IMG/VR virus record: IMGVR_UViG_3300049435_000061
Location: 1 to 64,000 of that record
Direction: 5' to 3' (one strand)
Length of the DNA: 64,000 nucleotides
Source of the DNA: a virus
How positions within the stretch are numbered: the stretch's first letter is position 1; each line of letters begins with the position of its first letter. The position numbers and the translations under genes were made by a program. Positions 54,375 through 64,000 of this stretch are shown one piece after another. Under the pieces are notes generated by a model, which did not search any database, was not told the origin of the DNA, and was given only the letters and a program-made list of their open reading frames with translations.

Positions 54375-54461
54375 CGGTCACACACCCGGCACACCCAGCC
54401 AGTGTTGGCGTGATACACCAACGGTTCGCCACACACCGGACACACCTGCTCGCCGTCATCG

Positions 54462-54902
54462 TCAACGGTCATTGGCGGCAGCCTGGGCGTGACGGCGCAA
54501 CTCACGATCCGCCTGCACCGGGCCATCACCGGTGACCTGGAAGCCCGCTACCGGCCGCTCAGAGACCAGCTCAAGCCCTGGCGCGTCGAAGGTGTACTCA
54601 ACCACCCGGTGATCGATCAGTGTGCGCAGCGTGGCCCGTGGGCAACCGTGCTGGTGGAAGCACACCGATATGGCGACACCTTCAAAGCCGGTGCCGACGT
54701 CGCGGTACCGCTGGCCGGTTTCGACGGCAGCCTCGTAAACAAACGTCACCTGCGTTTTGATCGGCTTGTCGACAAACGTGCCGGACGCATCCTCGGTGTA
54801 GGCACGCAACTTGAGATAGCAGGCATCGTTTTCGGGGCGTTTACACTCATCAGACTCGGCTGCCCGGCACATCGGCACCTGACACAAACCTTTGAACATC
54901 AT
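54462..54902 (-). CDS. hypothetical protein
   Basis: Coupled ORF. Confidence 0.6.
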   Translation of the reverse strand: MMFKGLCQVPMCRAAESDECKRPENDACYLKLRAYTEDASGTFVDKPIKTQVTFVYEAAVETGQRYRDVGTGFEGVAISVCFHQHGCPRATLRTLIDHRVVEYTFDAPGLELVSERPVAGFQVTGDGPVQADRELRRHAQAAANDR

Positions 54903-55117
54903 TTCTGTTGGCTCCCTTCACGTGGAACCTCACCGCTGATCAGGTAGGTGGCGAAAACGTTGGCTGCCGACACAACCCGACCCACCGGCTGACCCCTATA
55001 GGCGTCGATGGCCAGTGATAACGCCTGCACACGAAGTCCCGGTGAAACCACCTTGGGCACCTCCTGTGCCAGTTTTACCTCATCACTCATTTCTATTGGC
55101 TCACTTCTGTCATTCAT
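54899..55117 (-). CDS. hypothetical protein flanked by 21-bp direct repeats
   Basis: Ends EGSQQK like the upstream gene. Confidence 0.6.
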   Translation of the reverse strand: MNDRSEPIEMSDEVKLAQEVPKVVSPGLRVQALSLAIDAYRGQPVGRVVSAANVFATYLISGEVPREGSQQK

Positions 55118-56073
55118 TTCTGTTGGCTCCCTTCGGTTTTCATTGGCCGACCTCGCCGGCCTGGTTGAACACTGTTGTTACGCGCCCGACGCGCGTCCGA
55201 AACCCGGTACACCGGAATGTCTTTGACGTCTCTGTCGTCATATGACCACTTCGAGCTGCCGATGCGCCGGTTGTCGGGCCGCAGATAACCTGCCGGTCGC
55301 AGCTTGCCCACTTTCGGATTGGCCCAGTGATACAGGGTCCGCAGTTTCACCGGCTCGCCCAACATCCGCAAAACCCGATACATCTCCGGTATGGCGCAGC
55401 GGTAGTCGTCGGCACTTGCCAACAGATGGTTGACCAGTTTTTCCACCCGATGGGTAACCCCGCATGTGGGGCAGCGCACCTCCACAGCGCCCCGGCGTGC
55501 CATCAACCGGGTGGCGCACACGTGTGAACGTTTCCGGCAGGTGGGTGCGCCGTCAGCGTCAACACATTTGCGATGATCGGTGATGGTGGTGGGGCATGGC
55601 CCACAAAACTGCGGCGGTATCGCCCGGTTCACCAGATTCACCGACCGTTTCACGTATTGGCGCAGATCGGCGACCAGCTTGCCGATGTCAGGGTCTTTCG
55701 CTAGCAGGTCGGCGTGGCTGGCCAGAAACAGCGCAAAATCTTTGGTGGTGTAGCGGTATTCACTGATAGGCCGGTGCCAATTAACGGGCGGCATAGGCAC
55801 CAAGCCATATTTTCGGGCCATCGCCCGCGCCCACCGCCCGATGGTGGATTCTATTTCAACCAGCAGCGCCGACGCTTTCGGGTTGTAATGCAACGTCTCA
55901 GAGCGCACACCGCTGTGGCGTCCGCCCTCGCCCATTTTGGTGTCGCCTATAGCAGTGTCGTGCAGATAATCCAGCATTGTGGGCAGCCGCAACAACTGCC
56001 TTCGCAACTCAGTCGTGCACAGCGGGCACAAAAACAGGGTGGCACGGGCGTGGCATTTCTGGCATTCAATCAT
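55114..56073 (-). CDS. Zn-ribbon and HTH protein, possible late regulator
   Basis: Multiple CxxC; C-terminal LRTLYHWA. Confidence 0.65.
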   Translation of the reverse strand: MIECQKCHARATLFLCPLCTTELRRQLLRLPTMLDYLHDTAIGDTKMGEGGRHSGVRSETLHYNPKASALLVEIESTIGRWARAMARKYGLVPMPPVNWHRPISEYRYTTKDFALFLASHADLLAKDPDIGKLVADLRQYVKRSVNLVNRAIPPQFCGPCPTTITDHRKCVDADGAPTCRKRSHVCATRLMARRGAVEVRCPTCGVTHRVEKLVNHLLASADDYRCAIPEMYRVLRMLGEPVKLRTLYHWANPKVGKLRPAGYLRPDNRRIGSSKWSYDDRDVKDIPVYRVSDARRARNNSVQPGRRGRPMKTEGSQQK

Positions 56074-56315
56074 GCGACATCCCTTAAATTTTCAACGGTG
56101 AACACGTCATGCAAATGCAGTATTCGATGTTGGCAGCGTTTGCATTTGGCAACATCACCGAACCCCAAGTTTTCATACAGCATCGACAACGTCTCCAAAA
56201 CCCGATATGCGGTGGCGGCGGTGCAGGCCGGGCACAGTGCGAAACAACTGTTCGGCCCTGCCGGTGTGTTGCAGCGGTCTATACGATGCACAAAAACCCG
56301 ATAGGTGGGCATCAT
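56070..56315 (-). CDS. Cys-rich hypothetical protein
   Basis: Coupled ORF. Confidence 0.55.
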   Translation of the reverse strand: MMPTYRVFVHRIDRCNTPAGPNSCFALCPACTAATAYRVLETLSMLYENLGFGDVAKCKRCQHRILHLHDVFTVENLRDVA

Positions 56316-56411
56316 TGTGCACCGGGCGTGCCCTTCACACATTGCCGTTGTCGCGCCAATCCAAGAGAATGCCCATGCCCACCAACACACCGACGCCGAA
56401 AGCCAGCAGTA

Positions 56412-56543
56412 TCATTGCAGGTTCCAAAGCAGGCGTCCGGTGAGCAGAAAGTAACCGCCGATATAGATAACGCCGATCACAAAAAGGTAGAGAACGGCCA
56501 CGCACAAAGCTTCCACCAAAAACCGTTTCCAATTGAACTTCAT
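56412..56543 (-). CDS. small membrane protein
   Basis: RBS GGAGG; hydrophobic. Confidence 0.5.
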   Translation of the reverse strand: MKFNWKRFLVEALCVAVLYLFVIGVIYIGGYFLLTGRLLWNLQ

Positions 56544-57076
56544 TTCACCTCCACGTTCGATGTCACCAACACAATCGCACCCGGTGACTCCTCGACGTCG
56601 GCATATCTTTTGCGGCAGTGAATTTCGACCACCTGTGTGTCGTCGTTCCACACAACGCCGGTCATCGAGTCACCAACAGCGCGCACCAGCTTGTCCAGGT
56701 CGGGGAATTTGGTGTGCGCCGTGCCTTCCCGTTTCGGCTTGGTTTTGGGCCGTTGACGAACAAAGGTGACGTCGAGCATGACCGGCCCGATGAAAACGTC
56801 CAATTGCAACGCACCATTGTCGCGTTTATACAACGGCTGCCGGTGCCGATAGTCGCCTCTCATGGCGACGGTGGCGGCACGGGTCACCATTTCCCGCCAC
56901 GGACGCAGCCCTTTCGTTTTGTCGTAAAGGTTTCCGTACTTGCCGGAAATGATGTTTCCCTGCTGGATTGGCTGGCCGGGAACAATGAATTCCAACGTCT
57001 GGTGCCGGGTGCCGTCGTCGGCGATCCACACACTGGCCGGTGCCCAATCGACCGGCACGTCCTCGAAACCTCTCAT
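56540..57076 (-). CDS. rusA: RusA-like Holliday junction resolvase
   Basis: PGQPIQQG...PDLDKLVRAVGDSMTG...DDTQVV. Confidence 0.88.
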   Translation of the reverse strand: MRGFEDVPVDWAPASVWIADDGTRHQTLEFIVPGQPIQQGNIISGKYGNLYDKTKGLRPWREMVTRAATVAMRGDYRHRQPLYKRDNGALQLDVFIGPVMLDVTFVRQRPKTKPKREGTAHTKFPDLDKLVRAVGDSMTGVVWNDDTQVVEIHCRKRYADVEESPGAIVLVTSNVEVK

Positions 57077-57160
57077 CGGCGGGACCCTGAAGAGGTGACC
57101 GGGAAGTGAAGCCTCCCAGCAGCGCTGCGCGCAACCACCGGTGTTTTGCTTTGCCCGTGT

Positions 57161-57344
57161 TGTGGACAAAATGTGGACATGTGGACCCATGTGGACCGGT
57201 GGCCTCCCCTCGCGCGCAGTAATGGGTCCAAAATATAGTTAGTTATACTAAAGCTCAGGTGATGATGAGACACGACTTCCGGTGCCGTCTCACCGATCAT
57301 GAAAAAGGTGGACCCCACTGGTCCACATGTCCACATGTCCACAT
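57161..57344. repeat. candidate replication origin: inverted TGTGGAC arrays around an AT-rich core
   Basis: TGTGGAC at 57161, 57172, 57180, 57190; GTCCACA at 57321, 57329, 57337; AT-rich 57230-57252. Confidence 0.7.
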
Positions 57345-57364
57345 TCACAACTGACGTTTGCTGA

Positions 57365-59047
57365 TCATTCGACCGCTACCCGAATCCAGCGGTTGCCTTC
57401 ACGTTTGACACGCCCGGTTCCTTCCAGCTTGTCGAGCGCCGCCGCCACATAGGGCCGGTCCCGGCCTTTGGCTCTGCGCGTCAAATCACCCTGTGTCATC
57501 GACCCTCCGTTCTCGTGCATTTTCTTTTCCGCCCACAAAGCAATCCGGCTCAACAATTTGTTGCGTTGATAGGCACGTTCTTCGTCGGCGGCATTGAAAG
57601 TCACACCCTGTAATCGGCCTTTATCTATTGCCTGGCTTTCTTGTGCCAACATCAGTTCCGACTTCACCCATGCCCGTGTGTGATCACTCACCCGCGAGGC
57701 AATACCGGACAGCCGCCAATCCTCCAACGTCATTTCATGCCGCCCATCGAGCACCGCTAAGGCGTAGGCGAATTTCTCCCGAATAAACAATGCGTGACCG
57801 TCGATGTCGTCGGCCTCGCCACGAACAATCCGAACCCGTTCATCGACTATCAGCTCGGTGGCCTCATACGGAATTTTCAGCTCGGTCGGAAACCGCCAAA
57901 CATTCGGTGAGGGCAGTTCGAGCGGCGCACCCATTGTCGGTCTTTCAGCGGTGATGCGGGAATCGCTGGCCGGAAACCACATGAACCGCTGCAATGTACC
58001 GCCGTAAATGTCATCCATCAGCGCGCCCGCTTTCGCTGGCTGGACACTCACCACCAACGTCATTCGGTAGGTGTGCTTGGCCAAATGTAGGCTGCTGGCT
58101 GTGCGGTAGGAGAACCCCAACGTGCCACCCGAGAAAGCACTACGCAGAATAGACGGCAGTGTGGCACCTGCGCGTTGGGACAGTGTTGCCATCGTGTCTA
58201 TCTCGTCGGCGACAAACATCACCGACTCGTGCAGCCCTGGCGGCTCCCCGGTTTCTTTGTTGGCCGGTTTCACATAGGCGTCGATCACACCTTCACCGGA
58301 CCCTAGATTGCGGGTCAACACATTCCGGTTGACCAGGTGATCGGCAACCGCCATCACAGAGTCTTTCCCGCCGCCTGATTTGGCCGCTATCGCCACAAAC
58401 CAGTTGAGCGACCCTTTCCCACCAATAATCGGCGGCAGTGTGACGTGCGGGTTAACCAATGCCAAAGCGCGTGCGGCACAATTGCCTAGCACCGCCCATG
58501 GTGAACACATTTGCGCCAGCGCCGACAGGTAGATGTTTTGCAACGATTCCCGCGACGTCCAAAACCCGCGTTCCAAAGACAAAACATCTTTCAGCTCAAC
58601 CGTTTCGACCGACGTGTCATCGAGCAGGATTGTGCGGCCCGCTTTGGTTCCCACATTGGACAGGTCGCGTGGATTGTCGAAGCCTTTCCGGCGTGCATTG
58701 CGCAGGGTGTCCTCAACCGATTTTTCGCCGTCATCCTGTTCCAACCGGTTGTCCCGGCAGGCGTCGCGCAAAGCGTTGTAGACGGTGGTTTCATCGAGTG
58801 CACCGGCAGCCACAATCTCGTACAGGTTGGCGGCAGCCGGGAACAGGGTTTTCTGCCGCTGCCCTTCCGGCGCGGCGCGGACTTTGGCTGTCTCCTCGTC
58901 AAAAGCCTTCCCGGCCCAAGACACCACCACCGCCGATTTCGGGTCACCACGGCGCGGCTGGGCGGCTGCAATCGCCTTTTGGGCGGCGTTGGCCCGGTCC
59001 ACATAGGGTTCGTCTTCCCACGGTGCACGGTTGGGCTTATCGGCCAT
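57365..59047 (-). CDS. primase-associated P-loop helicase-like replication protein
   Basis: AKSGGGKD, GSGEG, MFVADE, QRF; follows prim-pol. Confidence 0.75.
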   Translation of the reverse strand: MADKPNRAPWEDEPYVDRANAAQKAIAAAQPRRGDPKSAVVVSWAGKAFDEETAKVRAAPEGQRQKTLFPAAANLYEIVAAGALDETTVYNALRDACRDNRLEQDDGEKSVEDTLRNARRKGFDNPRDLSNVGTKAGRTILLDDTSVETVELKDVLSLERGFWTSRESLQNIYLSALAQMCSPWAVLGNCAARALALVNPHVTLPPIIGGKGSLNWFVAIAAKSGGGKDSVMAVADHLVNRNVLTRNLGSGEGVIDAYVKPANKETGEPPGLHESVMFVADEIDTMATLSQRAGATLPSILRSAFSGGTLGFSYRTASSLHLAKHTYRMTLVVSVQPAKAGALMDDIYGGTLQRFMWFPASDSRITAERPTMGAPLELPSPNVWRFPTELKIPYEATELIVDERVRIVRGEADDIDGHALFIREKFAYALAVLDGRHEMTLEDWRLSGIASRVSDHTRAWVKSELMLAQESQAIDKGRLQGVTFNAADEERAYQRNKLLSRIALWAEKKMHENGGSMTQGDLTRRAKGRDRPYVAAALDKLEGTGRVKREGNRWIRVAVE

Positions 59048-59194
59048 GAGCCTCGGGGTGACAGATGGTGCAGCGGCAACCGAAGTCTTGGCTGATCATC
59101 ACGCGGACCTTGTGTGCCCACACCGCGCCGCGCTGCTCGTAGGTGATCACCACATACAGCCACAGGATCGTGTTGGCGTAGAACGCGACGGAGT

Positions 59195-59932
59195 TCATCC
59201 GCATATCTCCGGTGACGGCAGACTCAGCCACATCCACGACTTGCCAAGCGGACCCAGCGTTGACGGCGGTGCCACCACATAGCCGCCGATGCCGCGATGA
59301 TCCACACCAGGCATCCAGCCCGCCCGGTTGCCAGACCCGGTGGGTTTGATGTAGAGGTGCAAACCGCCGCTGGCGGTCACAGCGATGCCGTGGATGTCGG
59401 GTAGCCGCCCGGCGTCGAGCAGTTGGTGCAGGCTGGCGATCCCGTTGTCTTTGACGTCGATGTCGACCACGTCGAAAAGGTGGCCGGTGGCCAGGCCAAC
59501 GTTGTGGTCCGGTGAGCGCTGCCATTGCCGGTGAACGTCTTCCGGCCTGGTGGTGGCGTCTTTAAATCCGTGCGAGCCCTCCAACGGCGCTTTCGGGCAT
59601 TGGCACAGCACGGCACATTTGTCCCCGCCCACACACGGTGTACCAACAGGTCGCAGCGGGAACACCGGCCAGCCCATGCGGGCATAGAACAGGGCACTCG
59701 CGGCCAGCTGGCGGGGTTTGCGTCCGTCGTATTCGGCGGCGGTCAGCGCCTCGGCTTCGCTATCACCGGCCAAGATGGTGGACAGCAGCCCACGGGCCAG
59801 TGCGTTGTCCGGTGTCGGCTCAGGTTGACACGTGGGGTGCACCGGCTCGTGCAGGTGCAGGACTTGCATGAGGGTGCGACATTTGGCGCACCTGCTGTAG
59901 ACGACAGGCTGGCCGTCGAACAGGATGCTCAC
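59195..59932 (-). CDS. bifunctional primase-polymerase domain protein
   Basis: GWPVFPL...HGFKDATT...VVDIDVK...TASGGLHLY...GGYVVAPPS. Confidence 0.9.
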   Translation of the reverse strand: MSILFDGQPVVYSRCAKCRTLMQVLHLHEPVHPTCQPEPTPDNALARGLLSTILAGDSEAEALTAAEYDGRKPRQLAASALFYARMGWPVFPLRPVGTPCVGGDKCAVLCQCPKAPLEGSHGFKDATTRPEDVHRQWQRSPDHNVGLATGHLFDVVDIDVKDNGIASLHQLLDAGRLPDIHGIAVTASGGLHLYIKPTGSGNRAGWMPGVDHRGIGGYVVAPPSTLGPLGKSWMWLSLPSPEICG

Positions 59933-60198
59933 GGCGTTTCCTCAACAGCCCACCTGGCCACCCATGGGGTTGCCCAGCGGATTCGTCCGGCAGGTGATTC
60001 GGGGTGCCATCGTTGTTCGGTGAGTTGGAGGGCTTCGACTATCCGCTCAGCCCAGTGCCGCGCTACCTGCCAACGCTTTTCGTCGTCGTCCTCAACCCCG
60101 TGCTCGTTCAGTTCAGCTTCCAGCACTTTGGTGATCCGATCAATCAACAGCACGCTCACCAGCAGTCCCCGTTGTGTTGCAGGTGGCACGTATCGCAC
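59929..60198 (-). CDS. hypothetical protein
   Basis: Coupled ORF; start uncertain. Confidence 0.5.
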   Translation of the reverse strand: MRYVPPATQRGLLVSVLLIDRITKVLEAELNEHGVEDDDEKRWQVARHWAERIVEALQLTEQRWHPESPAGRIRWATPWVARWAVEETP

Positions 60199-60377
60199 AG
60201 CGGCGCTTGGCGGGCCACCGTCAGGCGGTCGTTGTAGACGGTGGCGGTGTTGGCGCAGGCGGCGTGCACGATTTCATCGTCGGTGTAGACACATTCGTCC
60301 CCGGCGTTGATCCGCCTGTCGCCGTAAGCGCAGTCGGGTGCGGCGCACCAGCCAGTGTATTTGGCGATGAAACTCAT
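60156..60377 (-). CDS. Cys-rich hypothetical protein
   Basis: FIAKYTGWC...HAAC...CDTC. Confidence 0.6.
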   Translation of the reverse strand: MSFIAKYTGWCAAPDCAYGDRRINAGDECVYTDDEIVHAACANTATVYNDRLTVARQAPLCDTCHLQHNGDCW

Positions 60378-61213
60378 GGCAGCTTCACCAGCACAACGCA
60401 TCCCGGTACCGGGTCAGGGTCGGTGGGTACCATTATGGTCACCCTGTGAAGGCACAGGTGCTCTTTGTCAGCCGTGAAATGGGGCGAGCGCAACACTTTG
60501 CACAGCACATTGTCGACGGTGAGGCTGGCTTTTACAGGCGTGTGGCGTCCACGCCGGTAAACCCTCACAGTGCACGCGCCCGATGCAGGGTTATGTTGCC
60601 GTCTTTGCGCAGCGGGTAGACACCACCGCAGTTGGTGCCGGTGCATAAGCCTCGCATCGTTTTTCCCTCAAACCACGGCTCGCCAAGCGGTGGTTTCCCA
60701 GCGCCGGGGCAGCCGATCAACCTGTTGGGGTTGTGTCCGTATCTCACTTGTCCTCCAACAGGTTTCGGGTGTCGTCCAGTTGCAGGGTGAGGGCGTCGAC
60801 AATTTGAATGCCGGGAACATTGAGCAGCGCCGAGGTGATGTGCGGCTCCGCAGACGGTTGCAGCGCCGCCATGTCCACCTCGACTGTGGCGGTCAGTTTG
60901 CACCACATTCTCATTTGTTTTTCCGCCCCGCCTTGACCGCCGCTGCGGTGCACCGACATTCGCCACGGCACCGACCTGTCGTCTTGTGGTGTTTCGGTGT
61001 GTGCACGCAGGTGCAGCCTTTCAAACCGGCCATGCTGTCTCCTTGCCCTAAATGATGTTGCCGTTTTCGTCGGTGTCGATGCACGCACCAACCTCAAGCT
61101 GGTCGGCCACCTGGCGCAGCAGCGTCGGAATCAGTGCCCGTGGAATACCGTCGAAAGTCATGTCGAAGGTGCTGTCGTGGCGGACCACCAGGTTGAGCAG
61201 GTCGGGCTGGTCG

Positions 61214-61480
61214 TCAGTCAACGGGGTTGTCCAACCAGTCCTGCAGAAACCAGATGGCTTTTTCGATGTCTTCGCGGTCGTTGAATTTGCCGCCGAACGC
61301 CACCCGCCAAATGTATTTGACTGCGGTGAACAGTCTTCCGTCTTTGATGTGGCGGATAACCTCGATGCATTCGACGGTGTGCGGAATTGCCAGCCCGCCG
61401 CCCTCTAGCCTGAAGGTGATTTGCGGTCCACGGGTGTAGTGCGGCGGATGGTTCACCATGTCCGGTTGGTCAGTCGACAT
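61214..61480 (-). CDS. DUF3310 protein
   Basis: DMVNHPPHYT...ECIE...KYIWR...EDIEKAIWFL. Confidence 0.85.
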   Translation of the reverse strand: MSTDQPDMVNHPPHYTRGPQITFRLEGGGLAIPHTVECIEVIRHIKDGRLFTAVKYIWRVAFGGKFNDREDIEKAIWFLQDWLDNPVD

Positions 61481-61760
61481 GGGTGACCTCGCTCACCAGG
61501 AAACGGTGCACACGGTCGTTGAGCCACCAGCGCCGGTTGAGCAGTTGCGCCGGGTCGACACCGGCAGGAACGTGTGACAGCTCGACAAACACGAGTCGGC
61601 AATCGTCGCGGCACCACCATGGTTCGCAGCCGCCAGCGCTGTGCTCCACTTTCCCGTAGGCACCGGCCAGTTCGCAGTTGACGATGGCCACCCGGTCGCC
61701 TACGGCGAAACCGTTGATGCGTTGCACCTCCGGTTGTTCGATGGCTGGCTGCTCGCTCAT
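61470..61760 (-). CDS. hypothetical protein (KOW/SH3-like)
   Basis: FAVGDRVAIV. Confidence 0.55.
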   Translation of the reverse strand: MSEQPAIEQPEVQRINGFAVGDRVAIVNCELAGAYGKVEHSAGGCEPWWCRDDCRLVFVELSHVPAGVDPAQLLNRRWWLNDRVHRFLVSEVTHVD

Positions 61761-62053
61761 ATCGCTATCACCGTCTTCACAAGTTGCTCGACGGTGCCGG
61801 GCGTTTTGCACCACCGGCACTGCCATTTCAGGTTGGGCTGTTCGCGGTGCATACGGCGGCACAGGCGGCACACGAATGTTGTGCCGCCGCAACACCGTTG
61901 GCGGTACAACCAGACTGCCGGGTGTGGGCACACCACCATAAACGGTCGGCACTCGCACTGTTTGGTGTCGCCAATCAGTGCTTCGATGTCAACGTCAGAT
62001 TGCGAAGCGGTGGAGGAAAGCATTTGCGGTCCTGATGGCGTGTTGTAGGGCAT
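61757..62053 (-). CDS. Cys-rich hypothetical protein
   Basis: CxxC pairs. Confidence 0.55.
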   Translation of the reverse strand: MPYNTPSGPQMLSSTASQSDVDIEALIGDTKQCECRPFMVVCPHPAVWLYRQRCCGGTTFVCRLCRRMHREQPNLKWQCRWCKTPGTVEQLVKTVIAI

Positions 62054-62351
62054 CGTCGTATTGCTTGTTGCGGCGCAACGCTTCGGCGTGGTCGACGTCC
62101 GGTCCCCAAATCTGGTGGCAGCCTTGCAGGGTGCGGTCACACGTGTCGGGGTAGATGCCCAGTCGTCCCGACCTGCGTATCGGGCACCGCCTGCGGGCCA
62201 CCAGTTTGTTGGCGTGCGCCAACGCTTCAGCCCACGTGTCGAAGTATTTGGCGGTCCTCGGTACCGGTTTGTCGCCGTACATTCCGTGGGCAAGCCAGCG
62301 GTCGGGTTGCGTGATTGACCGCTTCACTTTGGCGCGGGTCGGTTTAGGCAT
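61995..62351 (-). CDS. hypothetical protein
   Basis: ORF in operon. Confidence 0.5.
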   Translation of the reverse strand: MPKPTRAKVKRSITQPDRWLAHGMYGDKPVPRTAKYFDTWAEALAHANKLVARRRCPIRRSGRLGIYPDTCDRTLQGCHQIWGPDVDHAEALRRNKQYDDALQHAIRTANAFLHRFAI

Positions 62352-62529
62352 TGTCGGCTCCCAGGTCGGTTCTGATCCGTTCCAACCGAATCTCCATACC
62401 GATCAGCAGTTTCTGTATACCGATCAGCAGTTCCCGTGTGTCGCATTGGCCCGCAACGTCACATGTCGTGCACGGATCTGGATGCAGGTCTTTGAGCATG
62501 TCCAGATACCAGTCGATGCCGTTACGCAT
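62344..62529 (-). CDS. hypothetical protein
   Basis: Coupled ORF. Confidence 0.5.
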   Translation of the reverse strand: MRNGIDWYLDMLKDLHPDPCTTCDVAGQCDTRELLIGIQKLLIGMEIRLERIRTDLGADNA

Positions 62530-62902
62530 GGTTGACCCCGTCTTTGGTTGGTTTGTCCGGCCAGCCGTCCACGGCGACATAGCGGACCGGCTCGTCCGGT
62601 TCGTCTATGTTGAACATGGGCACGTCAGCCGTCTCGGCTTTACCTCGCCGGATGACCGGTGGTTCCGGTTGGTGGGCGTTGCATTTGATGGTGCGCTCCA
62701 TCTCATCGGCGCGCGGCATCCGATCCCATTGCGGCGGTTTACGGTCCTCGCGCAACGCCTTCAACCAGATCGGGCACGCCGTGTTTTTGCCGTGCAGCCG
62801 CCGTGCCGCCTCGTCCGGTTGGAAACATGTGTGGCACCAACGCATCTGCCAGATGTCTCGGTGGGTGTTGTTGCGGAACAGTGTCATTGGCTTTGCTCGC
62901 AT
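62522..62902 (-). CDS. Cys-containing hypothetical protein
   Basis: WCHTC...CPI. Confidence 0.6.
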   Translation of the reverse strand: MRAKPMTLFRNNTHRDIWQMRWCHTCFQPDEAARRLHGKNTACPIWLKALREDRKPPQWDRMPRADEMERTIKCNAHQPEPPVIRRGKAETADVPMFNIDEPDEPVRYVAVDGWPDKPTKDGVNHA

Positions 62903-62911
62903 AATTGCGCC

Positions 62912-63214
62912 TTACGTCAACCCGATGTTGCGGGGTGTCAATGTGTCGAGCGGTACCAACCGCTCCGACCCTCCGTCTACCCACAGCTTCACGGGAACGT
63001 CTTGATGTTCGGCCCATTGCGCCATGAGAATGCCGCGATCAAGGGCAGTGGAGTAGCGGCATTCCCGCAGATCAGTCCCGCTGTTTTTGCAGTCGTGCGA
63101 GTGCAGTATGTAGACCGTCTGTTCAGCCGAGACGGCCCGCCCGTAGTGCGCCGTCTGGTGTCGTTCGACGCCGACGATTCTTTCAATGTCCTCGGTCGGA
63201 ACTAGGTCGGTCAT
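62912..63214 (-). CDS. phage hypothetical protein
   Basis: IVGVERH...VYILHS...C...ALDRGI. Confidence 0.65.
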   Translation of the reverse strand: MTDLVPTEDIERIVGVERHQTAHYGRAVSAEQTVYILHSHDCKNSGTDLRECRYSTALDRGILMAQWAEHQDVPVKLWVDGGSERLVPLDTLTPRNIGLT

Positions 63215-63492
63215 GGTGTCCTCTCGTGTGCCGATAATGTTTCGACTGGCTCTAGGTAGCCGATGGATTGAAGGGCTTCTACGGCGACGTTCGCCATCTC
63301 GCATGCTTCGATCAATGCGTCCCAGGCGGCGTGGTTAGACCCGCCCCGTTCGTTGCTACAGTCCCAATCGTTGCCTTCGCGAAAGCACCCGCTGTTCTCG
63401 TGCGTCTGCTGCTTGGCGCACAAGACCTGCGTTTCTGTCCACCCGGTGTGCAGCATCCATGCGCGGGCTATGGCTTCAATCTCTGCGGCCAT
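63211..63492 (-). CDS. hypothetical protein
   Basis: RBS AAGGAG. Confidence 0.6.
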   Translation of the reverse strand: MAAEIEAIARAWMLHTGWTETQVLCAKQQTHENSGCFREGNDWDCSNERGGSNHAAWDALIEACEMANVAVEALQSIGYLEPVETLSAHERTP

Positions 63493-63707
63493 TGTTTACT
63501 CCTTGCCGATAACCTGCGCTATGTCGTTTTCGGCGGGATGTGAATCAGCCGTGCCTCGCGGCGTTTTCGTTCGGCCTGCGCTGCTTTCACACCATCGGTG
63601 GGTTGCCGCCACCAGCTGTCGGTGTGTGGTGGTGCTTTGAATCTCGGGTCGCTGCGCTCCGGTTGCTGTTGGGCGCGACGGAATGCACTGTTCATTGCTG
63701 TTCTCCT

Positions 63708-63944
63708 TTAAGGTGTTTCGATTTGCGACGGCGAAAGCTGCACAAGCCACGGGAAGCCCGCCTTGTTGTAGACCAACACCTCATATGTCTGGCCGTTGAA
63801 TCCTTGGACGGTGCCGAGGGTGTCACGCATCCAGCCGGGCTTTTTGTCGTCGGTGATCCGCACCCGGACACCTTTTTGGTGCGCAGCAGGTGCGTCGTCG
63901 TTGGCGTGCGGGTCGTGCGGGTCGCGGAACGGCTTGCCGCCCAC
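63708..63944 (-). CDS. hypothetical protein
   Basis: ORF; start may lie further upstream. Confidence 0.45.
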   Translation of the reverse strand: MGGKPFRDPHDPHANDDAPAAHQKGVRVRITDDKKPGWMRDTLGTVQGFNGQTYEVLVYNKAGFPWLVQLSPSQIETP

Positions 63945-64000
63945 ACGGAACCATTCGCGGCACTCATGGGTTTCTATACGGATCAGCCGGTGTTGCAGCC

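Overview
About 64 kb of a temperate, high-GC actinobacteriophage (siphovirus; host probably Mycobacterium). Its attP is intact, so this is a free or excised genome and not an integrated prophage. Almost all genes are on the minus strand. Left to right: exonuclease; Cro-like HTH; a divergent repressor that contains a tRNA-Asn-derived attP and ends in a degron-like -YAAA, followed by a tyrosine integrase (integration-dependent immunity); a ~8 kb leftward early operon (3.9-12 kb); membrane and holin genes; extra virion and secreted proteins; an endolysin split into three genes; HK97-type tail, head and packaging genes; a ParB-like gene and an ABC-ATPase/GNAT gene next to terminase; HNH; a promoter closely followed by a terminator; RusA; a DnaA-box-like origin candidate; helicase-like and prim-pol genes. 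The most unusual feature is the early operon. It has 11 units that share the start motif AACAAGATTGGAGAC and are separated by 10 covarying hairpins. Each hairpin starts at the upstream stop codon and overlaps a conserved alternative fold. The 5' leader and the 3' terminator loop both carry sequence complementary to the start motif. Family assignments come from motif recognition by eye; no database searches were run.
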